Source of the DNA: Zootoca vivipara
Lineage: Eukaryota
Direction of reading: 5' to 3'
Assembly: GCF_963506605.1 (NCBI RefSeq)
Contig: NC_083279.1
Coordinates: forward strand, 100,998,001-101,062,000
Length of the DNA: 64,000 nt
Notes under the pieces: model-generated
Seen by the model: only the letters and a program-made list of their open reading frames with translations
Database searches by the model: none
Told to the model about the DNA's origin: nothing
Made by a program: the position numbers and the translations under genes
Shown: positions 23,865-35,823 of the stretch, one piece after another
Layout of the letters: every line of letters begins with the position of its first letter
Numbering within the stretch: position 1 is the first letter of the stretch

Positions 23865-24585
23865 ATTTATTTTATTTATTCATTCTGGTTGTTTTATGGC
23901 CAAAGACCTAGGTAAAAAGAAAAGTTTTCACCTGGCACCTAAAGACATGTAATGATGGTGAGCCTCTCTGGCAAGAGAATTCCACAGATAGGGAGCCACT
24001 ACAGAAAAGGTCCATTCTCAGGTTGTTACCCTCTGAACCTCTCAAGGAGTGGAAACACAGAGAAGGGCCTTGGAAGACAAGCACAGCATCTGAGTCAGCT
24101 TGTATGGGGAGAGATGGTCCTTAAGGTATTGAGGTCCCGAGCCATGTAAGACATTTTAGGTGAGCTCTAGCACTCTGAATTGGGCCCAGAACTACTTAGT
24201 AGACAGTGCAGCTGAGCCAGAATTGTCTTGCCCTGGTGGGCAACCTGACCATCAAAATTTGCACTAGCTGAAGTTTCTGGACCATCTTTAGAGGCAGCTT
24301 CATGTATAACAAATTACAGTAATCTAACCTAGAGATTACCAGGGCTTAGGCCACAGAAGTTAGGCTATCCCTGTTCATATAGGGGTGTAGTTGGGCCACC
24401 AGTCGAAGCTGACAGAAGGCACTCCATGCCACCAAGATCACCTGAGTCTCAAGCGACAGCAATGGGTTCAGAAGAAACTCCAAGCTATGCTTCTGCTCCT
24501 TTACAGGGAGTGTAACCTCATGAAGAGCAGGCAGTCTCCCACCTTCCCATCTACAAAACCACCCACCAACAGTGCCTCTGTCTTA
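23865..24585 (-). mobile_element. L2 LINE fragment
   Basis: ALVISRLDYCNLLY peptide on - near 24305-24345; (ATTT)n tail at left. Confidence 0.65.
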
Positions 24586-25307
24586 TCTCATACCCTCCAA
24601 CACTCCTCAGATGAAAATCGTGACATTCTATTATTTGAGGAATGTTGGAGGCTATGTAGACTTGTTAAATTTGCACAGCAAGCAGAGAGATTTAAGGGTA
24701 AGTTTCTCCCCTTTCCCACCCCTGCCTTCTGAGCTCTCCTCCCACACTTGCCTGGCGATAGATGGAATTCAACATTACCCTTTTCCTATTGTTCTGTCTG
24801 TGCGGCATTGCTCTTTGCCAGATGGAAAGATGCCCGTCTCCTCCCTCTGTGTGCTGTTCAGGGGGTTCTACTGAGCCCCCCCCAGGCCTTTTTCAGAGGG
24901 TGTGGGGGTGCAGGGGGAAGAGACATGGGAAAGACACACTTCATAAGCGGAAGTCTTTGCCCAAGGCTTCTGCTTACGGGGTTGGTTAGGTGAATCTTCC
25001 CCAATAACTCTTTCAAATCTGCTCATTCACGAATCCATTCCAACCTGTTTCTGCATTTGTTGTCATCCATCTGTCTCAAGAGACAATGGAGTGTGCCTCT
25101 GGGGGGAGAAGTCAAACCAATGTATTAGCAACACCAAAGTGACTTCCTCAGGGTGCAAGTCTGGGCAGTATTTCTGGAGGTTATGGGCTACCCAAACAAC
25201 ATCACCTTTTTGGACAAAGGAAAGCAGAGCAAGACATTTGGCACCAGCCTGGGTGCAGGAGTTGCTGGAAGGAGATGTACAAGGAGCCACCCAACCATCA
25301 TAGGAAC

Positions 25308-25397
25308 CATAGCTGCCAAGTTTTCCCTTTTCTCACGAGGAAGCCTATTCAGCATAAGGGAATTTCCCTTTAAAAAAGGGATAACTTGGCAGCTATG
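25308..25397. mobile_element. 90-bp hAT-type MITE, second copy
   Basis: Same TIR and nearly the same interior; 8-bp TSD ATAGGAAC. Confidence 0.88.
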
Positions 25398-25493
25398 ATA
25401 GGAACTCCACTCTGGATCTTTATAGGGTTTACCCTTGAGCCTTTTTTTCTGAATGGCTGGGGAGACCTGGGCAGATGGGCGGGGTATAAATAA

Positions 25494-25494
<1 letters not shown>

Positions 25495-25555
<61 letters not shown>

Positions 25556-25562
25556 TATTATT
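25495..25562. repeat. (TAT)n microsatellite
   Basis: Read directly. Confidence 0.95.
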
Positions 25563-27660
25563 CCAAAAATATCCTGCAGGGAAGCAGAGACTTAAGTTCA
25601 GAGTTTTCCTTCTCCTAGATGGGTTACCTTCCCAGGTGAATGAGCACCAATTGCCCCTCACTTTTTATGCATTAATCTACTTTAAAAAATACCAAACGCA
25701 AAACACCCCTGCATGAAAAATTGCATTTCAATATATTTTTGTAAATCTTCTCACAAACTACACTTCTCCAATCCTTATCCTAAAACATACATTTTAAAAT
25801 ACATCTTGGTACATCTTTAAACCAAACATCGGCCACAGCAAATTTTGTGGATTGTTAAATCTGAAGGAAACTACGTTCCTGTCCTCATAGTGCAAGAAAT
25901 AGGGATAATTTCAGTTCATATTAAAATTCACAAGAGCAACTTTGTCAAGCATCCATAAGCATGACACACAAAATCCTACAAAAATAACCCAAGTCCCCAG
26001 GAATTCATTTTGGGCTTGGTGGATAATGAACTTTTCAGCCCAAGGGCAGCTTCCAGTGATGTAAGAATCTCCCAAGAGGGGAACACAAGAACACATAAAG
26101 GCTCCTTGCGTTGCTGGAATTGTAAGCACTTGTTCATGTGCAAAGATGATGCTGAATGTCTCTTTGCTGTAGAATGCAAGACACACAAAATTGCTGAAGC
26201 GAGGAACCAAAAGCCCACTTGAATTGACTAGCTTTAAGTCCTCTAATGAGATGTGATTTGGGTGAGTTGCATTTCCTTTACTTGACATCTTTATAGACTC
26301 ATTTTAACAGGCCATGGGGGTTTGCCGGTGCAGAAGGTTCTACTCAGATGAGAGTAGAACCCCACCACAAAACACCAACACCACATGAATTTTACTGTAG
26401 CAAACATTACTTCCAGATGCAGGTGTCAAGAGAAGAAAAAAGATACGCATTGTAGAGCACCTTGTGCCCTGCATTTCCTTTGGTCTGCATAGCCATCTCT
26501 TTCCCTGCCTGTGGTCTTTCTGAGGACCCCCTAAAACTCAAATGCTGAGACATTGTTGGGGAGCAGAGGTCCCTGGTTTAGTTTCCTTCTGGTGTGTGGG
26601 AGGGCACTGAGGACTTGGGCATCTTCAGTGTTGGCTTTCTTGCAAGCAGAAGATACTGCAGAGACCAAAAGCTTACTATAGCAGGCAGTGCACAATATGT
26701 TCCCAGAGATCAATGTGTGTAGCCTCTGCCCTTCAGTGCCATGCATATCCCAAGTCCAGCTAACTCCGGATGGACACCCTTAGCATTCCCTCACACCCTT
26801 ATCTCTTGCAATTCAAAACTCACTGTCTTAAAACAGCTGCAGAGAACTCAAACCTCTCCTCTCCTGGATAATTCAAGTGGTTCCATGTGGAGAGCAGTTG
26901 CAGGCATTAAGCATGTCAAAGTTTATTCTTGGGTTCTAACCAATCTTCCACAGTGATAAATCTGGGGAAACACACAAATATACAGTTCCCGTTTGTCCCA
27001 TCAGCCAGCCAGCCTCTCTGTTAAAGGGAAGAAAAGAGAATTTATCTGTGCTGTTATCTCAAAGAACAAAGGAATACAAGGCTTCTCAAAAGGTGAGTTT
27101 GCTAGAATTGTAGGAGTAGGTCTGGTGTCTCCTCTCCTTGGTGGATGCGCCTCTGCCCCATTGCTACTTCACAACACAAATAACAAGGAGTGAGGGCCTT
27201 GGGGGAAAGTGACCACACAATGCAAGAAGTTGGGAGCTTTTGGAAATCCAAAGGTGAGCATTGCCAAGTTTGTGCCTGAAACTTGAGGAAATATTTTTTT
27301 AATGAACTCAGAGGAATGCTAGGTAGGATCTCATGGCTCTATATACTGGTGCAAAAAGCAACCCAAGGTGTGTGGGAGATCCTCAAGGAGGAGCTGCAAA
27401 AAGGCACACTCACACCCACAATTCTAATGAAGAAAAAATTGGGTGGTTTTGAATCAAAGAATATGCGACAGATTATTCAGTTAAAATCAAAATGTAAATC
27501 AGCATAAGGAAATCTCTGTTTCACATTCAGGCTCTGATGTCGACTTGGAAGAGAAGCTGTGTTGCCATTGGTGGGGAGGATTTGAATGTCTGAATAGCCA
27601 GATGACTTCTTTTTCTCTTAAATAGGGACCAACAAGGGACAATGGTCTTCAGACAACATC

Positions 27661-28596
27661 ATGTCCATCTCTAACGAAACAGCTAGTGCTGCTGCTTACT
27701 TCCTCACAGGCTTCCCTGGGTTGGAGGAAAAACATATTTGGCTCTCCATCCCCATCTGCTCCGCGTCCCTCATAGCCATCGCAGGAAACTGCACCATCCT
27801 CTTCATCATCAGGACGGACAAAACCCTCCACAAGCCCATGTACTATTTCCTCTCCATGCTGGCCCTCTCTGACCTGGGTTTATCAATCGCCACTTTGCCC
27901 ACCATGCTGAGCGTCCTGTGGTTCAACCACCGCATTATCCATTTCAACATATGCCTGATTCAGATGTACTTCATCCATACTTTCTCCATCGTTGAGTCAG
28001 GTATTCTGTTGGCCATGGCCTTTGACCGTCTGGTGGCCATCCGGAACCCTCTGAGATATACATCTATCTTGACCAACAGAAACATCATCAAGATAGGGTT
28101 GGGCGTTGCCCTTCGGGCCGCCCTTCTTGTCTTTCCAACTGCCATTCTCCTGAAGAGGCAGCGGTATGGAAGAGTCAATGTACTTTCTTATTCGTTCTGC
28201 TTGCACCAAGATATTTTGAATGTTGTGTGTTCCGACAGGAAAATTAGCAGCATCTATGGCTTGATGGTGGTGATTTCCTCCATGGCTCTTGATTCTGTGT
28301 TGCTGGTTTTTTCCTATATCATGATCCTCAAAACTGTGTTGAGCATTGCCTCCAAGCAAGAGCGCCTTCGGGCCTTGAATACTTGCATCTCTCACATCTG
28401 TGCTGTCCTCACTTTCTATATCCCAATGATTGGCCTCTCTATGATCCATCGCTATGGGAAAAATGCCCCACCCATTGTCCACATCCTCATGGCCAATGTG
28501 TACCTCCTGGTGCCACCATTGATGAATCCCGCTGTGTACAGTGTGAAAACCAAACAAATCCGAACAAGGATAATCAGACAATTTTGGAAGAGTTAA
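27661..28596 (+). CDS. Class I olfactory receptor, OR51-like (311 aa); close paralogue of 35824-36765
   Basis: LHKPMY, MAFDRLVAIRNPLRY, FCLHQD, RALNTCISH, HRYG, PPLMNP; acceptor TTTTCTCTTAAATAG ending 27625. Confidence 0.95.
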   Translation: MSISNETASAAAYFLTGFPGLEEKHIWLSIPICSASLIAIAGNCTILFIIRTDKTLHKPMYYFLSMLALSDLGLSIATLPTMLSVLWFNHRIIHFNICLIQMYFIHTFSIVESGILLAMAFDRLVAIRNPLRYTSILTNRNIIKIGLGVALRAALLVFPTAILLKRQRYGRVNVLSYSFCLHQDILNVVCSDRKISSIYGLMVVISSMALDSVLLVFSYIMILKTVLSIASKQERLRALNTCISHICAVLTFYIPMIGLSMIHRYGKNAPPIVHILMANVYLLVPPLMNPAVYSVKTKQIRTRIIRQFWKS

Positions 28597-30190
28597 CAGA
28601 AAACTCTTAGCAGGAGCAACCAGAGCAAGCAAGTTATAGGAGGGATTATCTTCTTCTTTCTTTGGTGATCACTTGTAGCCAAATAAGATTGCCTTCCATG
28701 AAAATGGTCTTAGCCGGGAGTCCATAAGTGATTGTGGAGGCCAATTCTGGATCCACATGTCTTTCCACAGTGGGGACATAGGTTTCCAGGCAGGAGTTGA
28801 TCACAGTGAGGGTTTGCCAAACGTGCCTTCCTTTTAGCTCATTTCTCCTTTTCGCTCAGAGTTCATGCTTCTTCAAAGTCCATGACACCTTTGGTAAAGG
28901 CTGGAGCGCTCCAATTGGAGTGATTATGTATCCCCTTCAAGTTAGGGGTGCAGGACATCAGTCCCTTCCTCCAACTGTACAATTGCAAATTTAGCATTGA
29001 AAAGAACAGTGCATTGTTGGAACACCTTGAAGTTTAACTAATTTACTGTGGCTAAGTGGAATGCAGTCCAAACTGGTATTTTTATAATGTGGCCACCTAG
29101 GTGAGTACATAGCTCTAAACTGCATATAGGGAGAGGGGGGGGGATTTGTTTGTTTTTCCCAAAGTGAGGACACAAATGCAAGAAATTCAGTCTGTCATCA
29201 TGCTATGTGGCTTATAACTAAATGCAACAAATAATCAAACAAATACAAGAGCCAACCAACCTGCCAGGGATCCACTTCTGACTAGAGAAATACATCTAAA
29301 GAGGGACAATCGCTCCATAATTCATTGTTTTGCAACTTTAACAACAGCTGCAAAAGTCATTCCGTCCCAATGAATAACCTGTTTTCACCATTTTCCCTCT
29401 CAGCCTGGAAGAAGAGTGGTCTGTCAAACTGCAGATGACTCAATAATGAACCTTATCAGTTCCTTGGCAGTTCACAAACTCCTTTCATCATTCCATCTGA
29501 CTGACTATAAATGAGCAGTTATACTTCCAATTAAATTAAATTGCAAGTCTTTTATTATTCACTCTGTAAATAATAAAGGATGGGGAAGAGTCAGCTCTAA
29601 GTTTCCACCGTAAACCTTTTGCAAAACAGAGCTTCCCTCCCTTCCCCCCTTTTAAAACTCACACAGTTCTGTTTAATGTTATATTCCATATCTATAACCC
29701 TCGCTTGTACAAATATAATTTGAACTAACATTCAGAGAATGGTTGCCGAATCACAAATGTGGAGAAGAAAACTTTAAATAAAGAAACTGTAGGCTCCCCT
29801 CAACCCCCTGTCTTTTGCACTGAATGAAGTTTTATCTAAAGTTCAAACCTAAAAATCCTTGCAGTTGGTTTTGTTCCACAGTTTGTGATCTCATCTGTTC
29901 CAGCATGTGCCTGTACTTTAGTCCAATTAAGCTCCTATTAACAGTAGGCACTGGAGGGTTTTCGGCAGGCGAAGTGTTTTTGCACTCAGAGCCTCCCTGT
30001 CTCCTGCATTCCATGCCAGAGGGAGAGCCAGGTACTGCGAGTGAAGCCCATTCCCTTCTGTCCCTGGGGGGAATTTGCAAGGATATTTGCTCTCAATCAT
30101 ACTTGTTTTTCCTTCACCAACGATCTCCCACTGTTGTGGGGTCTGCCTCCATTAATGCAGAGCGGAACCGGAAGCCAATTTAGCACCTTG

Positions 30191-30322
30191 GGAAATCAGC
30201 CCTGAGTGCTCACTGGAAGGACAACTGCGGGAGGCAGTGGAAGACAGGAGTGTCTGGCGTGCTCTGGTCCATGGGGTCACGAAGAGTCGAACATGACTAA
30301 ATGACTAAACAACAACAACAAA
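30191..30322 (+). mobile_element. Bov-B 3' fragment with internal deletion
   Basis: GGAAATCAGCCCTGAGTGCTCACTGGAAGGACA joined directly to ACTGCGGGAGGCAGTGGAAGAC...; (CAA)n tail. Confidence 0.85.
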
Positions 30323-30436
30323 AACTAACTAGTTTCCTGTGGCTAAGTGGAACACAAACTGCATTGTCATATTAAAGGAAACAGTCACCCATGTGATTTG
30401 TAGGTCTAGGTTCAATATAGGATGAAGGGCAGGTTT

Positions 30437-32605
30437 ATACAGTCAGCAAAAACAAGACCTGGAGCTGGCTGTAACTCAGATCATCAGCTTCTTATAGCAA
30501 AATTCCAGCTTAAACTGAAGAAAGTAGGAAAAACCACTGGGCCAGTAAAATACAATCTGAATCAAATCCCTTATGAATACACAGTGGAAGTGAGGAACAG
30601 GTTTAAGGATTTAGATTTGGTGGACAGAGTGCCTGAAGAACTATGGATGGAGGCTCGTAACATTATACAGGAGGCAGCAACGAAAACCATCCCAAGGGAA
30701 AGGAAATGCAAGAAAGCAAAATGGCTGTCCAACGAGGCCTTACAAATAGCGGAGGAGAGGAGGCAAGCAAAATGCAAGGGGGATAGGGAAAGATACAGGA
30801 AACTGAATGCAGATTTCCAAAAAACAGCAAGGAGAGACAAGAGGGTCTTCTTAAATGAGCAATGCAAAGAAATAGAGGAAAACAATAGAATGGGGGAAAC
30901 CAGAGATCTGTTCAAGAAAATTGGAGATATGAAAGGAACATTTCGTACAAAGATTACCATAATCAAGGACAAAAGTGGTAAGGACCTAACAGAAGCAGAA
31001 GACATCAAGAAGAGGTGGCAAGAATACACAGAGGAATTATACCAGAAACATATGGAGGTCTCGTACACCCCAGGTAGTGTGGTTGCTGACCTTGAGCCAG
31101 ACATCTTGGAGAGTGAAGTCAAATGGGCACTGCTAATAACAAGGCCAGTGGAAGTGATGATATTCCAGCTGAACTATTTAAAATTTTAAAAGATGATGCT
31201 GTTAAGGTGCTACACTCAATATGCCAGCAAGTTTGGAAAACTCAGCAATGGCCAGAGGATTGGAGAAGATCAGTCTACATCCCAATTCCAAAGAAGGGCA
31301 GTGCCAAAGAATGCTCCAACCACCGCACAATTGCGCTCATTTCACACGCTAGCAAGGTTATGCTTAAAATTCTACAAGGCAGGCTTAGGCAGTATGTGGA
31401 CCGAGAACTCCCAGAAGTGCAAGCTGGATTTCGAAAGGGCAGAGGAACCAGAGACCAAATAGCAAACATGCGCTGGATTATGGAGAAAGCTAGAGAGTTC
31501 CAGAAAAACGTCTACTTCTGCTTCATTGACTATGCAAAAGCCTTTGACTGTGTCGACCACAGCAAACTTTGGCAAGTTCTTAAAGAAATGGGAGTGCCTG
31601 ATCACCTCATCTGTCTCCTGAGAAATCTCTATCTGGGACAAGAAGCTACAGTTAGAACTGGATATGGAACAACTGATTGGTTCAAAATTGGGAAAGGAGT
31701 ACGACAAGGTTGTATATTGTCTCCCTGCTTATTTAACTTATATGCAGAATTCATCATGCGAAAGGCTGGACTAGATGAATCCCAAGCCGGAATTAAGATT
31801 GCCGGAAGAAATATCAACAACCTCAGATATGCAGATGACACAACCTTGATGACAGAAAGCGAGGAGGAATTAAAGAACCTTTTAATGAGGCTGAAAGAGG
31901 AGAGCGCAAAATATGGTCTGAAGCTCAACATCAAAAAAACCAAGATCATGGCCACTGGTCCCATCACCTCCTGGCAAATAGAAGGGAAGAAATGGAGGCA
32001 GTGAGATATTTTACTTTCTTGGGCTCCTTGATCACTGCAGATGGTGACAGCAGTCACGAAATTAAAAGACGCCTGCTTCTTGGGAGAAAAGCAATGACAA
32101 ACCTAGACAGCATCTTAAAAAGCAGAGACATCACCTTGCCGACAAAGGTCCGTATAGTTAAAGCTATGGTTTTCCCAGTAGTGATGTATGAAAGTGAGAG
32201 CTGGACCATAAAGAAGGCTGATCGCCGAAGAATTGATGCTTTTGAATTATGGTGCTGGAGGAGACTCTTGAGAGTCCCATGGACTGCAAGAAGATCAAAC
32301 CTATCCATTCTGAAGGAAATCAGCCCTGAGTGCTCCCTGGAAGGACAGATCGTGAAGCTGAGGCTCCAATACTTTGGCCACCTCATGAGAAGAGAAGAAT
32401 CCTTGGAAAAGACCCTGATGTTGGGAAAGATTGAGGGCACTAGGAGAAGGGGACGACAGAGGACAAGATGGTTGGACAGTGTTCTCGAAGCTACGAACAT
32501 GAGTTTGACCAAACTGCGAGAGGCAGTGCAAGACAGGAGTGCCTGGCGTGCTATGGTCCATGGGGTCACAAAGAGTCGGACACGACTAAACGACTAAACA
32601 ACAAA
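30437..32605 (+). mobile_element. Bov-B (RTE) LINE, 5'-truncated, two frameshifts
   Basis: Three overlapping ORF pieces give endonuclease end (SDHQLL), RT (FIDYAKAFDCVDH, GVRQGCILSP, LRYADDT) and C-terminus (VHGVTKSRTRLND); tail CGACTAAACGACTAAACAACAA. Confidence 0.95.
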
Positions 32606-32848
32606 AACCAAGGTGAGGGCAAAAATGCAAAAAAAAAAAAAATCAAAGTCTGCTAATGATACATGGGAGGTGGAGTGCAGAGAAGTCCATTGTGATAGGG
32701 GGTGAGGCACAGTTCCTTCAGCTTGACACAAATCACCTGTAAATATATTGTGCATGTGCATTTGCCACAAGGAAAAATGAAGTACTTTTCGAACACCACT
32801 CACTTCCTTGCATGGCAGAAGGCTGGACTAGACCACCTTTTGAGAACA

Positions 32849-32979
32849 TGGATAGCTCAGTTGGCCAGAGTGGGGTGCTGATAATGCCAAGGTTGCAGGT
32901 TCAATCCATGGGACAACTGCCTATACATGCACTGCAGGGGGCTAGACTACCTGTAGATGATCCTCAGGGTCCCTTCCAA
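32849..32979 (+). mobile_element. SINE with tRNA-Ile-like head and CR1-type tail (related copy on - at about 15018-15165)
   Basis: TAGCTCAGTTGG...GTGCTGATAATGCCAAGGTTGCAGGTTCAATCC then CR1 tail. Confidence 0.6.
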
Positions 32980-32980
32980 T

Positions 32981-33131
32981 GAATCATAGAATCATAGAGT
33001 TGGAAGAGACCACAAGGGCCATCCAGTCCAACCCCCTGCCAAGCAGGAAACACCATCAAAGCATTCCTGACAGATGGCTGTCAAGCCTCTGCTTAAACAC
33101 CTCCAAAGAAGGAGACTCCGCCACACTCCTT
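32981..33131 (-). mobile_element. CR1 3' end inserted in the tail of a tRNA-derived SINE
   Basis: Same young CR1 subfamily as 1613-1811. Confidence 0.85.
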
Positions 33132-33522
33132 GATTCTACGATTCTCTGCAATTCTATGATTCTGTTATATCCACACAATTACATTGATGTATAGTGCAGA
33201 GTTGTGTGAGAGAGATGATACCAGGATACGTGTTAAGAACCTCCAACTTTTTATTGCACTTTGAAGTGTCATGCAGCAGGGAATAGCATTGTAATCAAGA
33301 GAGAAATGGCCAAGTGTTCAGTACAGTGTCCCCTCTCCCCTGCAATTTGCTTTGTAAAAAAAAGAAACAAACAACGGCACAGCAGTACATAACAAGTGAA
33401 AGTGGGTTTAGTGTGGATTCAGACCTTCTCCTTCAGAGTCTTGGCCATCCCTTTCAATGGAGTGAGAAGGAAGGGGAAGAGTTTGTCTCTACTCTCATTT
33501 GCTCTTCTGTTTAAGATTGAGC

Positions 33523-33652
33523 NNNNNNNNNNNNNNNNNNNNNNNNNNNNNNNNNNNNNNNNNNNNNNNNNNNNNNNNNNNNNNNNNNNNNNNNNNNNNN
33601 NNNNNNNNNNNNNNNNNNNNNNNNNNNNNNNNNNNNNNNNNNNNNNNNNNNN
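33523..33652. other. Run of 130 N (gap or masking)
   Basis: Read directly. Confidence 0.98.
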
Positions 33653-34093
33653 CATCCAATTCAGTTCCAATATTACCCTGACTTTCTTATTTCCATTACA
33701 ATTCATGAGGCTGAACAAATGTAGGTTTGTTGATCTTGGGTCTCCTAAATGAAGAAAACAATCGCCTTCTTAAAGGGGCTCCTCTAAGCATGAACATGGG
33801 GACTGCAGCATTGCTTGCACGTTCATTTAGTCAGAATGGTGCAACCCAAGGGCAACTGATGCAAGCACTTCCCACAGGGGAACATGGGGACACATAATGG
33901 CTCCCTTGCACTGCCGGCATCACAGACATGTGTCCATAAGTAGACGCGATGCTGGCTGTCTCTTGCTGTAGCATCAGAGACGCAGGAAAAGTCTAACAAG
34001 AGGCGGTTTGGTGAGTTGCATTTCCTTGTCATCATGATAGGCTCACCTTAACAAGTCTTAGGGGGTTGTCAGTGCAGTAGGTTCAACTTAGGT

Positions 34094-34229
34094 NNNNNNN
34101 NNNNNNNNNNNNNNNNNNNNNNNNNNNNNNNNNNNNNNNNNNNNNNNNNNNNNNNNNNNNNNNNNNNNNNNNNNNNNNNNNNNNNNNNNNNNNNNNNNNN
34201 NNNNNNNNNNNNNNNNNNNNNNNNNNNNN
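34094..34229. other. Run of 136 N (gap or masking)
   Basis: Read directly. Confidence 0.98.
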
Positions 34230-35823
34230 CAACTTCAGATCTGTCCAGTGCTATTTTTCTAGAAAAAGAGGTGCCAGAACTCACCACAAACACCTCCCTT
34301 GTTCTCTTATAATGCCAATGGCACCCACCTGTGTGCTGCCAGAACTGAGGGCACTGTGGACTTGGGGCATCTTCAATATTTGCTTTGCTACAAATATACA
34401 AACAGAACATACCACACAGAAACCAAAAGCTTCCTGTAGCAGACAGTGCACATCACACTCCCAGAAATCAAAGGCTTCACTGCTCAGTGCCATACATATC
34501 CTAAGTCGAGTTCACTCCAGCTAGACACTCCTAGCACACTCTCACTCTCTTCTCTCTGGCAGTTCAAAACTCCCTCTCTCTCTAACACCCCGCGCTGCAG
34601 AGCACTCCCCTGACAGCCCTCCACTCCAGGATAATTCTAGTTGCCCCACCTGGAAAGCATCCTCAGGCATTAAGTATTTTAACATTCTTTCTCAGGCTCT
34701 GACCATCCCTTCACTGAGATAAATCTGGGCAAACATGTGAATATACGGCATTTCCAACCTCTCTCTTGAAGGGAAGAAGAGAAAATATTTGCGGTGCTAC
34801 CTCAAAGAACAAATGAACACAAGGAATTTTGAACAGCAAGTCTGCTAGAATTATAGAAGTGGGGCTGATATCCCCTCAGGGACTGTTTCCTTGCCACTTA
34901 GCAGCATCATACGCAAAACAGCAGGGAGGAAAAGTGAAAATGTAATGCTGGAATTCAGGATCTTACATGAATCCAAAGGTGAGCCTAATCAAGTGTGCAC
35001 CCTGAAGAAACCCGATGTTAATGAACTCAGAGAAGTATTAGGCAGGATTTCACGACTCTCTTTTGATAGAATGGGAACCTGGGCTGATTCAACGGAGACA
35101 AAGACAGAATTATCCATTCGGGGAGAATCAATGCACACATATCGGAAGTGGGGTGTGTGCTGAAAGCCATCAGCCAGGCTCCCAAGGTGCTGGTCCTTGA
35201 CACAGACCAAGCTATTCAAAACCTTTACTGAGAAAACCAGAATATATGAGGTCAGTTAATGCAGTTGAAGGCTGCCATGAATGGCATACAAGCAGCACCC
35301 CATGCTACCCTTGCCATGCACCGTTAGTGCAGACCTGAGTCTTGTTCCCTGCTAAGTTCTGAGGAACCCGTGGAGAGTTTGAGCTAGGTGTGAGCGTATG
35401 CGTGTCTGACTTTCCAACTGATTAAGCCATTTGCAGTTTGTTCGAGGGGGAAGCCAGCCGCTGGGTGGTCCCTTTCTAGTTGCCCGGCATGCTTACCAGA
35501 TGAATTGTGGCACTTTTACCACAGACAAGACCGAGGTGTATCAAAGGTCTACAGGGATAAATTAATTATTGAACATGATATTGCTCTTGGGTGCTTTGGA
35601 ACAGATGGTTTTGAATTGAAGAATGTGGGGTAGATTTTGTAGTCAAAATCAAATTGTAAAATACTATTATCTTTATTTTGTGTTCAGGCTGTGATGGCTA
35701 CTGTAGGAGGGAAAGGATCAGTTGCAGCTGGTGGAAAGGAATGGGATGTCGGAATAATCAGAAGGCTTCCATTTTTCTAATTCAGGGAGCAGCAAAGGGC
35801 ACAGTACAGTCTTTGACAAGATC

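Noticed and set aside
35151-35576. Possible solo LTR upstream of OR 35824 (similar case at about 41856-42500)
   Set aside because: Absent from the paralogous block and LTR-like in composition, but no TSD or firm termini found.
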